Made by a program: the position numbers and the translations under genes. 64,000 nt of DNA, from positions 352,001 through 416,000 of the forward strand of contig CAWBAN010000001.1 in assembly GCA_963786935.1 (NCBI GenBank), read 5' to 3'. A model generated the notes under the pieces. It worked only from the letters and a program-made list of their open reading frames with translations. It searched no databases and had not been told where the DNA came from. Below, one piece after another: positions 49,417 to 60,032 of the stretch (within the stretch, counting starts at the first letter, position 1; the number at the start of each line of letters is the position of its first letter). This stretch comes from an uncultured bacterium. GTDB taxonomy: Bacteria > Krumholzibacteriota > Krumholzibacteriia > Krumholzibacteriales > Krumholzibacteriaceae.

Positions 49417-50584
49417 ACGAGATAGATCTCCCGCTGGGGATGAGAGAGGAACTCGCCCCCGTCCGAACGGACGACGATGATCTCCTCCATCGTCGCGACG
49501 CCGTAATCGGGAATCACGATGCGCGGCTCGAGGGTGTAGACCTGCCCTTCCTCGATCTTGAGATGGGGGAGATTTCCGTACCGCTCCCATTCGGGGCAGA
49601 GGAGGCCCGCGCCGTCATGGGCGTGCCGCCCGACCTGATGGCCGAGCGCGTGCGGAAACTCGGGATATCCGTGGTCCGTGATGTACGTGCGCGCGAGCGT
49701 GTCGATCGATCCGCCTTCCATACCGGGCCGTATGCGAGAGGCGGCGAGCGCGATCGAATCGCGGATCGTCTCGAAGGGGCCCATCACCGCCGCCGGCGCC
49801 TTCGTTTCCCCCGGCCTGAGGAAGTACCACGTCCGCTGCAGGTCGGAGACATACTGCTCGACCTTCACGCCGAAGTCGATGTTGAGGACGTGCCCGGGCT
49901 CGATCGCGCGGTCCGTCGGTCCCGCGTGGGCCCCCGCCGACTCGGGGCCCGTGAAGACGGACGGACAGAGCTCCCGCTCCCACGCGGTCCCGACGCCGAG
50001 GCGGTCGACCTCGGCGAGCATGAAGGCGGCGATCTCCTTCTCGGTGAGCCCCGGCCGCATGATGCGGGAGACCTTCGCGAAGATGTCCTCGGCGAGCTCG
50101 ACCGCGGCGCGGATGCGGCGGATCTCCTCGGGGCTCTTGCGGCCGCGGAGCTTCGAGACGACGTTCTCCGAGCTGACGAGCCGGTCCGCGAAGGGCGTCC
50201 CCTCGAGATACCGCCGGAGGATCAGGTACATCCCGTGGCTGAGGCCGTCCGCGAGGACGGCGTTCTCTGAGTAGTTGATCGCGATCGTGCGGGGGAGAGC
50301 CGCTTCAGCTGCTCGAGGAGCGGCTCCTTGATCGATTTCGTGTAGCCGATGACGTCGTACCCGCCGGTTTCGCGGATCCTCGTCTCGTCGAGGCTTCCGA
50401 CGATCGCGACCGCCCTGCCCGAGACGGGAATCATGAAGGCCGAGTGCCACGTGCAGTTCGCCCCGAGAATCATGTCGAGCGACGGATCGCCCGTCACTTC
50501 GCTCTCCCGCACGAAGGTGAGCCAGAGATCGATGCCCTCTTCGGCGAGAACTCCATGTGCCTGCTCGATCTTTTCCTTGATCAT
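49413..50584 (-). CDS. Xaa-Pro peptidase family (M24) protein; one frameshift as sequenced at about 50291-50295
   Basis: N-terminal ORF 50584.. joins the C-terminal frame if the C5 run is C6; IDFG, YVSDLQRT, HALGHQVG..HD, TLEP, MEE metal ligands. Confidence 0.85.
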
Positions 50585-50614
50585 GGCTGATGGATTCCTT
50601 CCTTGAAACGGCCG

Positions 50615-52687
50615 TTACGTTCCCCGGACGTAGTACACGAGCCCCGCGGGGTTTTGAAAGACGAGCGTGAACCAATCGGGACGGGAGTCGAGCGCCGCGC
50701 GCGCATGGGGGATCCGGGCGAGATCCTCCTGCCAGAGCGTGACGTAGATCGGGCTGTCGAGCCCGACGAGCACCTCGATGTCCTCCGGCGAGGGGAGAAC
50801 GCCCTCGAGGAACTTGCTCTGTATCGCCCCGTACTGCTTGATCTTCTTGCTGTCGTAGCCGAACACGTTGATCGTGAGCACGTCGGGATAGAAATCGCGC
50901 CGGTGCGCGAATACGGGATTCAAATCGCTCAAGCTGCTTCCGATGAGCACCGAGCTCTGCGGCGTGTTGCCCGCGATCCACTCATAGATGCGGCGCTCGT
51001 CGGGAGTGACGTTGTATCGCCGTTCCTCGACGCGGGCCTTGGGCTTGTCGAGAATGAAGCCCCGATACGTGAGCACGGGCGGCACGGCGAAGAGGAGCGC
51101 CGTCCAGGCGATGAGGAGCGTCCGGTCGGCGTCCCTTCGATTCCTCGATTCCATCCAGTATCTTCCACACGATCGGCGGGAAGAGGATGAAGAACAGCGG
51201 GAAGATGAATTTCGATTCGTTCCGTGCCGCGAGATTGATGAAGAGGTTGCACGCGAGCAGCGGAACGATCCATGCGGCGAGGAGCGTGAGGGCCTCGGTC
51301 TTCAGGGAGAATATCTCGCGCAGCGCCTTTCGCGCGGGGACGAAGAGGATCGCGAGCGGCAGGGCGATGGTGAGGAGGTTCCCGAGGCCGAAATGGATCA
51401 GGGACGGAGGGCGGCTCCCCGGATCGCTCCCCGCCGTCAGGGAGAGCATGTAGGGGAACGCGGCCGCGCCCGCGAGGATCGCGGCGAGCGGCAGCGCGAA
51501 CGTGTGAAAGACGGGAACGGGTCCGCCGCGCCGCAGGAGCCCGCGCAGCGCGAGGAGCGCGCCGGAACCGACGACGGCCGCGGCGAGCGCCATGCCGCCG
51601 ACGACGTGAAAGAGGATCGCCCCGAATACGATCGTGAACATGGCGACGAACGCCTTGGGCGCGAACCGCCTTCCGAATCCGACCGAGAGCGTCACGATGA
51701 GGGCGAGGAGCGTGAGGTTGAGGACGAAGGCGAAGGCCGTGATCGTGATGAATTTGTCGACGACGTTGATCATCCAGTTGCCGGCCGGCGACATCTTCTC
51801 GAAGGGGCTCAGGAAGTAGATCACGTGATGGCTGTTCAGATCGATATCTTTGAGCAGGCGCATCAGCTCGCCCCAGCCCCGGTTTTCGCCGGTGAACGCC
51901 CTGATGAGACCGAGTGGCCAGAGAATCCACGCCGCGGAGGCGAGACCCGAGATCGCGAAGATCGGGGTGGCGACGAGGTCCCGCCGCCTCGTCGTGAAGA
52001 AGGCGGTGAGACGGAAGACGAGGTACGGGAACACGAGCGCGTTCATGATGTTGAAGAGCGCGAGCCCCGGGAAGACGGCGGTTCCCGGCGCGACGTCGTA
52101 TCCCATCAGAATCCTGGCCGAGGCGATGAACAGGTGATAGATCCACATGTACCGGATCGGCACGTCGGGGAGGAGCGGCTCTTTCGGCGGGAAGCCGCGG
52201 TCGAAGATCTCGTTCACGATCGATGCGTGGTACCAGGCGTCCGATCGCATCAGGAGAAACCGGTTGATGAGGTACGACAGGAGCACGGCGGCGGCGAAGA
52301 GCGCGCACGTGACGGCGATCGCGCGCGCGGGCAGCGGCTTCGCGGGCCGGCCTCCGCGCAGCTCCCGTATCAGACCGATGGCGAGGAGCCCGATCGAGCA
52401 TCAGCGTCGAGGCCCGGACGGCGCCCGCGAGGGGGATTCCAACCGCGTGAAAGGCGATCACGAGCAGGGTGAGAATGATCGGCGAGAAGAGTATCGGAAA
52501 GAAGATGTCGTCGAGCGCCGGCCGGTCGCGCTCTCCGATAAATATCAAGAACACGAAGCCGGGAAGCGAGTAGGCGAGGAGCGCTCCGGCGGCGAACCGC
52601 ACCGGCTCGGGCACCGCGACGAACGAGCGTGGCGGCGCTCAGGAAGAGAAGAGCGAACAGCGCTCCCTTGTGGATCGGCAACTTCAT
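50615..52687 (-). CDS. Large polytopic GT-C-like membrane protein; about three frameshifts as sequenced (about 52620, 52395, 51150)
   Basis: Hydrophobic segments continue across four frame segments starting MKLPIHKGALF; loop RSDAWYH...FPP.EP...YMW.YH; soluble tail IYEWIAGNTPQSSV...VFQN...YYV. Confidence 0.65.
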
Positions 52688-52816
52688 AGCTTTCCGGAAA
52701 ATATCGCAAATAGCATGCCATGACAATAGTATTCGCGCCGGGGCCTTTTGGCCGGCGATTGCGGGGCATTCGCATTGTTGCGCCGCCGGCCGAAAACGGG
52801 TATTATCTCGCTCGCA

Positions 52817-53738
52817 ATGGAAAAGAAGCTCATTCAGGAGATCCGCGCGCAGGCGGCGGGGAAGGTGCTGCCGGGAGAGCCTCTGGCGCGTCATACGACG
52901 TACCGCGTCGGGGGCGCGGCCGAGGTGCTCGTCTGCCCGCGCGACGCGGAGGATGCCGCGCGCGTCTATTCGTTCGCGCGGCTTCGCGGAGTCCCGCTCC
53001 TCGTGCTCGGCGCCGGCTCGAACGTCATCGCGCCGGACGAGGGGATCGCGGGCGTCGTGCTGAAGACCGCGTCCGCGTCGGCGAGGATCGTCTTCCTCGG
53101 GGGTAGAAAGGTGCGGGCGGAGGCGGGCGTGCCGCTCATCGATCTCGTGCGCGCGACCGCGGCGCGGGGTCTCGCCGGCCTCGAGCCGCTCGCGGGAATT
53201 CCCGGAACGGTCGGCGGCGCGGTCGTGATGAACGCGGGGACGCGGGACGTCGAGGTCGCGCGGCTCCTGAGCCGTATCGACGTCATCACGTCGTCGGGAC
53301 GGCGGCGCTTGTTCGCGGCCGCGGAGTGCTCCTTCGGATACCGGCGGAGCGTTTTCCTCGGAACCGATTGGCTCGTTCTCGGCGCCGAGTTCAAGCTCGG
53401 CCGAGGCGACGCGCGCCGAAGCCTCGAGACGATCGACTCGTTTCTCGAGGAGCGCGAGTCGCAAATATCACCCCGAGATCCCGAGCGCCGGGAGCGTCTT
53501 CAAGCGGCCGCCGGGGATGTACGCCGGCCGCCTCATCGAGGAGGCGGGATGCAAGGGAATGCGAATCGGGGACGCCGTGGTGGCCGATTGGCACGCGAAT
53601 TTCATCGTGAACGCGGGGCACGCGAAGGCGAGCGACATCATGGCGCTCGTCTCCGCGGTTCGTGCCCGGGTCTTTGAGCGGAGCGGCGTCTATCTCGAGC
53701 TCGAGCAGATTCCGCTCGCGCCGGAACTTCCGCGGTAG
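52817..53738 (+). CDS. murB: UDP-N-acetylmuramate dehydrogenase; frameshift as sequenced at about 53460-53475
   Basis: [40 protein letters not shown]; after the shift [30 protein letters not shown]. Confidence 0.93.
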
Positions 53739-53807
53739 AAATGCGATGTATCGCCGTCTCGCCGAAGCTGCGCCGCGCGGGGGATAATGAGGGGGGCGAG
53801 TTTTGCC

Positions 53808-56800
53808 ATGCGGACCGTCGTTGACTCATATCCGCTTTCCCCTTTGCAGGAAGGGATGCTTTTCAATGCGCTTTTCGCGCCCCATTCGGGCGTCGATGTC
53901 ACCCAGATCATATGCCGGATGCATCACGCCATCGAGCCCGCGGCATTCCGGCGCGCGTGGGAAGGGGCGGTGGCCCGTCACGCGATTCTGAGAACCGCGT
54001 TCCGGTGGGAAGGGCTCAAGGAGCCGGTCCAGGACGTGTACGACAGCTGCGGATCTCGAGTACGTCGGTGGAGGATCTTCGGGCGCTTGCGTCCGCGGAG
54101 CAGAACGAGCGTCTGGAGGCTCATCTCAAGGCGGATCGGCATCGCGGGTTCGACATCGCGAAGGCGCCCCTCATTCGAATCGGCCGTCTTTCTCTTGTCC
54201 GACGAGGAAACCGTCCTCGTCTGGTCGCTCCACCATCTCATTCTCGATGCTCCTTCCTGTCGCGATGATCCTCAAGGAGGTCTTCGCGATATACGAGGCG
54301 GCGCTCGAGGGACGAGAGGCGGCGCTCGATCCGCCGAAGCCGTACCGATCCTATATCGATTGGCTGCAGAAGCAGGACATGACCGCCGCGGAAAGCTTCT
54401 GGCGCGATCTTCTCAAAGGGTACGCGAGCCCGATATCGCTCTCCATCGCGCACGATCCGCAGAATCTCTCGCGGGCGGCGGGAAGGTACGGCAAGCGCGA
54501 GATCGTTCTGCCGCAGGGCGTCAGACCCGCGCTCAAAGCGCTCGCGAAGGAGAACGGCTTCACCCTCTACACGTGCTTCCAAGCGGCGTGGGCCGTCATC
54601 CTGAGCCGCTACAGCGGCTCGCCGGATGTCGTGTGGGCGGCGGTGCGGGGATGCCGCGGCGTGCCCATCGAGGGGCGCCGATTCGATCGTCGGACTGTTC
54701 ATCAACACGCTTCCCGTGCGCGCGCGGATCGACGAGAAACAGCCCGTCATCGAGTTCCTGAAAGGATCTCCGCGCGCAGCACGTCGCCACGCGCGCCTTC
54801 GAGCACAGCTCGCTGGCGCGGATTCAGCGGTGGAGCGAGGTGCCGTCCGGGATGCCGCTCTTCGAGAGCCTCATGAACTATCGAGAGTGTTCCCTGGAAC
54901 ACGCTCCTCGACTCGCTCGGCGGCGATTTTCTCAAGCGCGAATGGGACGTGAGGAACCAGACGAACATCCCCATCGGTTTCGACATCTACGAGCAGCCCG
55001 AGCTCCGCATCGTCGTCGATTACGATACCGCGCTCTTCGACGGAGCGGCGATCGACGCGATGCTCGGTCATTACCGCACCCTTCTCGAAGGGATCGCCGC
55101 GAATCCGCATCGCGCCGTGGGGGAGCTTCCGATGCTCAGCGACGCCGAGCGCGCGAAGATCCTCGTCGAATGGAACAGGACGGAAGCCGATTATCCGCGC
55201 GAGCAGACGATCCACGGGCTGATCGAGGCACAGGCCGCGTGCGCTCCCGACGCCGTCGCCGTCTCGCTCGGGAGCGCGAGCATCTCCTACGGCCGGCTCA
55301 ACGAGCGCGCGAACGAGCTCGCTCACTGGCTGCGGAAGCGGGGAGTCGCGACGGGCACGCCCGTCGCCGTCTGCATGGATCGCACGATCGACATGGTGGT
55401 CGCCCTCGTCGCGACGCTCAAGGCGGGCGGCGCCTACGTCCCGATGGATCCGTCGTACCCGCGGGAGCGGCTCGCCTTCATGCTCGAGGACACGAACGCG
55501 CCGGTGCTCCTCACCGAGGGCGCGATCGCCGGCGGTCTCCCCGAGCATCGCGCCCACACGCTTCGTCTCGACGCGGACTGGGGCGCGGTCGCGGGGGAGC
55601 GGAGTGATAATCCCGCTCGCGCCGCCGGTCCCGACGACCGGGCGTACATCATCTTCACGTCGGGCTCCACGGGACAGCCGAAGGGGGTGTGCTGCCGGCA
55701 CCGGAGCGTGCTCAACCTGCTGGCCGATTTCGGGCGGCGCGCGCCGATATCGGCCGGCGACCGCTGCGGCCTGTGGACGAGCGTGAGCTTCGACGTCTCG
55801 GTCTACGAGATCTTCTCGGCGCTCACGGCGGGGGCTGCCCTGTGCATCGCGTCGGACGCCGTCCGGTTCGACAGCGCGCTCTTTTTCGAGTGGATGCGCG
55901 AGAACCGCATCACGTCCGCGTACGTGCCGCCCCTCATGCTCGGCGATCTGCTCGCATGGATCGAGAAACATCCGCTCGCGCTTCCGCTCAAGCGGCTCCT
56001 CGTCGGCGTCGAGCCGATCGACGAGAAGCTCCTCGCCTCGATGATGGAGCGCGTGCCGGGGCTCGCGATCGTCAACGGGTACGGCCCGACCGAAACGACC
56101 ATCTGCGCGACCCTCTACGACGTGCGTCCCGAAGCGGCGCGCGACCGGAACACGCCGATCGGGAGACCCGTGCAGAATTCGAAGATCTATCTCCTCGATT
56201 CCTCCATGCGCCCCGTTCCTCCCGGTGTTCGCGGAGAAATCTACATCGGGGGAGAGGGGCTCGCGCACGGCTATTTCAATCGGCCCGAGCTGACCGCCGA
56301 GCGCTTCATCCCGGATCCCTTCGCGGCCGCTCCGGGCGGCAGGCTCTATAAGGCCGGGGATACCGCCCGCCGTCTCGGCGACGGGACCATCGAGTTCATC
56401 GGCCGGATCGACTACCAGGTCAAGGTGCGGGGATTCCGCGTCGAGCCCGGAGAGATCGAGGCCGTCCTGAGCCGGCATCCGTGGGTGAGGGATTCCGTCG
56501 TGATCGCGAAGGGCGATCGGACGGGCACGAAACGGCTCGTGGCTTATGTCGTAACGAACAAAGAGAAAACGGGTTCAGTCGCCGATCTCAGGTCGTTTCT
56601 CAAAGAGACCCTTCCCGATTATATGGTGCCGTCGGCCTTTGTGACGATGGACGCGTTCCCCTTGACGCCCAATGGCAAGCTCGACAGGGCCGCGCTCCCC
56701 GAGCCGGAGGTTTCGAGGGCCGATCTGCGGAGCTCCTATGTCGCCCCGCGCGACGAGGTCGAGATTCAGCTTTCGCAGATATGGGAGAAGGTGATCGGGA

Positions 56801-57801
56801 TCGCGCCGATCGGCGTCACCGACAGCTTCTTCGATCTCGGGGGGCATTCGCTTCTCGCCGTTCGCCTCTTCGCGGAGATCACGAGGGTGTTCGGCACGAG
56901 CATCCCGCTCGCGGCGATCTTCCAGTCGCCGACGATCGGGGAGATCGCGACCATGATCCGCGAGAAGACGCTCGCGCAGGGGGGAGAGTCGCTCGTCGCG
57001 ATCCAGCCGAAGGGCACGAAGCCACCGCTCTATTTTATACACGCCTATGGGGGCGGCGTATTTTTCTATCGCGAGCTCTCGGACAGCCTCGGCGCCGATC
57101 AGCCGTTCTACGGGCTCCAGGCGGTGGGGCTGGACGGCGGCCGTCCGCCCCATACGAGGGTCGAGGATATGGCGGCCCATTACATCGGGGAGATCAAGCG
57201 GGTGCAGCCGGCCGGTCCGTATTTTCTCGGCGGCCGCTGCCTCGGTGCCTACGTCGCCTTCGAGATGGCGAGCCAGCTCCGCGCGCGGGGGGACTCGGTC
57301 GGCCTGCTCGCGATCCTCGACAGCTACTGGGTGCCGCAGGAGGCGGACGACGGCCGGCGGGGGATCGCCGTCCACCTGAAGAGAATGTCGGAGCGCGGCT
57401 TCAGGGAGAAGCTCGCCTACATCAAGGAATACGCGGGGTACCGCGTCATCAGGATAAAGCTCGCGCTCGCGGAGGCTTTGAGCTCTCTCTGCTTCAGAAT
57501 GGGGCGGCCGATCCCCGCGTTCATGAAAGATTTCTATATCAACATATACATACCCGAGGTGAACGCGCGGGCCGAGAAAAACTATTCCCCCGCGATATAC
57601 CCGGGGATCGTCACCTTCTTTCAGGCGACCGCCGAGGGGGAGCGGGATCCCCGCATGTTCTGGGGGAAGCTGACCTCGGAAGGTCTCGACGTCAGGATGG
57701 TTCCGGCGACCCACAAGGACATCCTCGTCGATCCCAACGTGAAGGTGCTCGCCGAGAAGCTCGATGCCGCGCTCGAAGAGGCCCGGACCGAAACCAGATG
57801 A
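53808..57801 (+). CDS. Single-module non-ribosomal peptide synthetase (C-A-T-TE); C domain broken by at least six frameshifts as sequenced
   Basis: C: YPLSPLQEGMLF, RHAILRT, HHLILD, VGLFINTLP. A: YIIFTSGSTGQPKG, FDVS, NGYGPTE, GEIYIGGEGLAHGY, QVKVRGFRVE, NGKLDR. T: FFDLGGHSL. TE: GGRCLG, LAILDS, THKDIL. Confidence 0.92.
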
Positions 57802-57813
57802 ACCGGTGATGCC

Positions 57814-58565
57814 ATGAACCCCGTGCCGGCGCAAATCCCGTCGGTCGCGAAACCTCCCGAGCCGCGCGGGGGAGGACGTTCACGTGTGGACCGTGTCGCT
57901 CGATCTCGACGAACGTGAAATCCGGGCCTGCGAGGCCGTGCTGTCCCCCGACGAGGCGGCGCGCGCGGCGCGGTTCGTGCTTCCGGTTCATCGAACGAGA
58001 TTCGTCGCGGCGCGCGGCGTTCTCCGGACGATTCTCTCGCGGTACACGGGGACGGAGCCGGGGAGAATCGAGCTCTCGTACGGTCCGCACGGGAAACCGC
58101 GGCTCGCGCCGGCGTCCGCGCCCCACGGGATCCAATTCAATGTATCGCACGCGGGGAACCGCGCGCTCGTGGCCGTGACGACGGGCCGCGGCGTCGGCGT
58201 CGACATCGAGTCGATCGGGACGCGCGCGCGCGAGGCCGATATCGCGCGCCGCTTCTTCACGCCGGGGGAGGATCGCGCGCTCCGCTCCGCGGATGAATCC
58301 GCCCGCCCGGCGCTCTTCGCCGCGTTCTGGGCGCGCAAGGAAGCGTGCATCAAGGCGAGCGGGCTCGGGCTCCTCTTGTCGCTCGATTCCTTCGACGTCT
58401 CGGCCGGCGCGCGGGAGCCGCGCGTCGTCGAATCGGAGAGGCGGCGACGCGCGGGGCGGACGGTCGTGGACGCTCGCCGACGTCGAAGCCGTCTCCGGCT
58501 ACGCGGCCGCATGCGCCGTGGAAGGGCGCGGCCTGAGGATCATGCAGGGGGAGTTCCGCTTCTAG
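57814..58565 (+). CDS. Sfp-type 4'-phosphopantetheinyl transferase; about two frameshifts as sequenced (about 57870, 58445)
   Basis: VHVW, LSPDE..RA.RF, ARGVLR.ILSRY, GKPRL, FNVSH, VGVDIE, FWARKEACIKASGLGL; tail GYAAACAV in a shifted frame. Confidence 0.9.
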
Positions 58566-60028
58566 CGTTTCCGCGCCCGGGCGCCTCGCTCGCCGAGCCG
58601 GGTCCGCACGTTCCGCACCTTGTTCGTCAGCCTCTCCGTGAGCATTTCCACCTCGTCTATCCTAAACCGGCGAAGCACGATGTAATAGACGAGCAGGTAC
58701 AGGAGCGAGAACGACACTGCCCGGATCACGGGATTCATGCCGACCCATCTGCCGGCGACGAGGACGGGCAGCGCGATGACGGTGCAGAAGATGATCGCGA
58801 GAATTCTCCTCCAGAGCAGCAGCCGGCTGAGGGGGAGGTGGTAGAAATGGAGGATCTTGCTCGCAATGTAGACGGTCGCCGCCGCTTCGGCGAGAATGAA
58901 CGCGAGCGCCGGCGTGACGAATCCCACCGGCTCGAAGAAGAGGAGGATCAGGCCGATATTGACCGCGAGGTCGAGGGTGGTCCCGAAGATGAAATACTTG
59001 TTCTGGTTGATCACGCGGAGCGGCGTGCCCATCTCGAAGCACTGGATGACGATCAACGCGAGGTAGATCCTGAAGAGCGGCACGGCCTGGAGATAGGTCG
59101 CGGTGAACAGCGTTTCGATGAAGGTGGTCGCGTACACGAAGAACACGGCGAAGACGGGAAACACCATGGCGCAGAAGACGACGTTCGCGCGGCGCCAGAG
59201 GTACAGCCGCTCCTCGTCGCCGACCTGGGCCATTTCCGGGAAGAGCACGTCCATGACGCTCGTCCGCACGATGTTGATCACCGGGATCTGCTGCCCCCCG
59301 ATCGTGTAGAACGCGAGATGCTCGACGCCCATCTTGATCGAGATGAAGAGATTGGCGAGCTGGTTGTTGATGAGGGAGAGCACGCCCGCCGAGCCGAGCG
59401 GGACGATGAACCTGAGCTGTTCCCTGAGCAGCGCGCGATCGAGGCGCCTCGTGAAAACCCCGCGGAGCACGACGTACACGAAGAGGCACTTCGCCGCCTC
59501 GACGGCGATCATCGTCCAGATGACGACGGCGACGTCGCGGCTCGCGATCGCGGCGACGACGAGGGCCGCCGTCCGCACGACGACGCGTCCCGACGAGAAG
59601 TAGAGGACGTAATCGGTCCGCTTCTTGCCGAGCCAGTAGTTCTCGAGGAAGTCGAGGTTGAGAAAGAAGAAGACGTAGACGATCATCGGCGCGATGAAAT
59701 CGAAGCTCGTCCGCGCCAGAATGAGGGGCTTGAAGAGGTACACGGCGATCAATCCGACGAAGCTCGTGCAGAAAATGAGGAGCGCGGTGTGCGTGACGCT
59801 CTGCCGCTCGCGGTCGGGATACTTCGGGATAAAATAGATCAGGTTCGTGTTCACGGCGAACTGGATGACGCCGGCGATGAGCAGCGAATAGAGCATGAAC
59901 TCCCGGTACTGCCCGTAGGCGCGGAGCTCGAAGATGCGCACGAGGATGATGGGGGAGAGGATCATGACGCCGTAGTTCATCACCCTGCAGAGGATGAGCA
60001 CCATCGCCCGTTTCGTGATCGACGCCAC
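58562..60028 (-). CDS. Wzx-type oligosaccharide flippase (MOP superfamily)
   Basis: ILVRIF...YGQYR, LIYFIP, LREQLRFIVPLG, AFYTIG, VLFPEM, LFTATYLQAVPLFRI; about 12-14 TMs. Confidence 0.88.
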   Translation of the reverse strand: MASITKRAMVLILCRVMNYGVMILSPIILVRIFELRAYGQYREFMLYSLLIAGVIQFAVNTNLIYFIPKYPDRERQSVTHTALLIFCTSFVGLIAVYLFKPLILARTSFDFIAPMIVYVFFFLNLDFLENYWLGKKRTDYVLYFSSGRVVVRTAALVVAAIASRDVAVVIWTMIAVEAAKCLFVYVVLRGVFTRRLDRALLREQLRFIVPLGSAGVLSLINNQLANLFISIKMGVEHLAFYTIGGQQIPVINIVRTSVMDVLFPEMAQVGDEERLYLWRRANVVFCAMVFPVFAVFFVYATTFIETLFTATYLQAVPLFRIYLALIVIQCFEMGTPLRVINQNKYFIFGTTLDLAVNIGLILLFFEPVGFVTPALAFILAEAAATVYIASKILHFYHLPLSRLLLWRRILAIIFCTVIALPVLVAGRWVGMNPVIRAVSFSLLYLLVYYIVLRRFRIDEVEMLTERLTNKVRNVRTRLGERGARARKR

Positions 60029-60032
60029 TGCG

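Noticed and set aside
49413..58565. Programmed frameshifting or true pseudogenes
   Set aside because: Too many shifts in unrelated adjacent genes, including murB; no consistent slippery motif; catalytic residues intact. Sequencing error is the simpler explanation.
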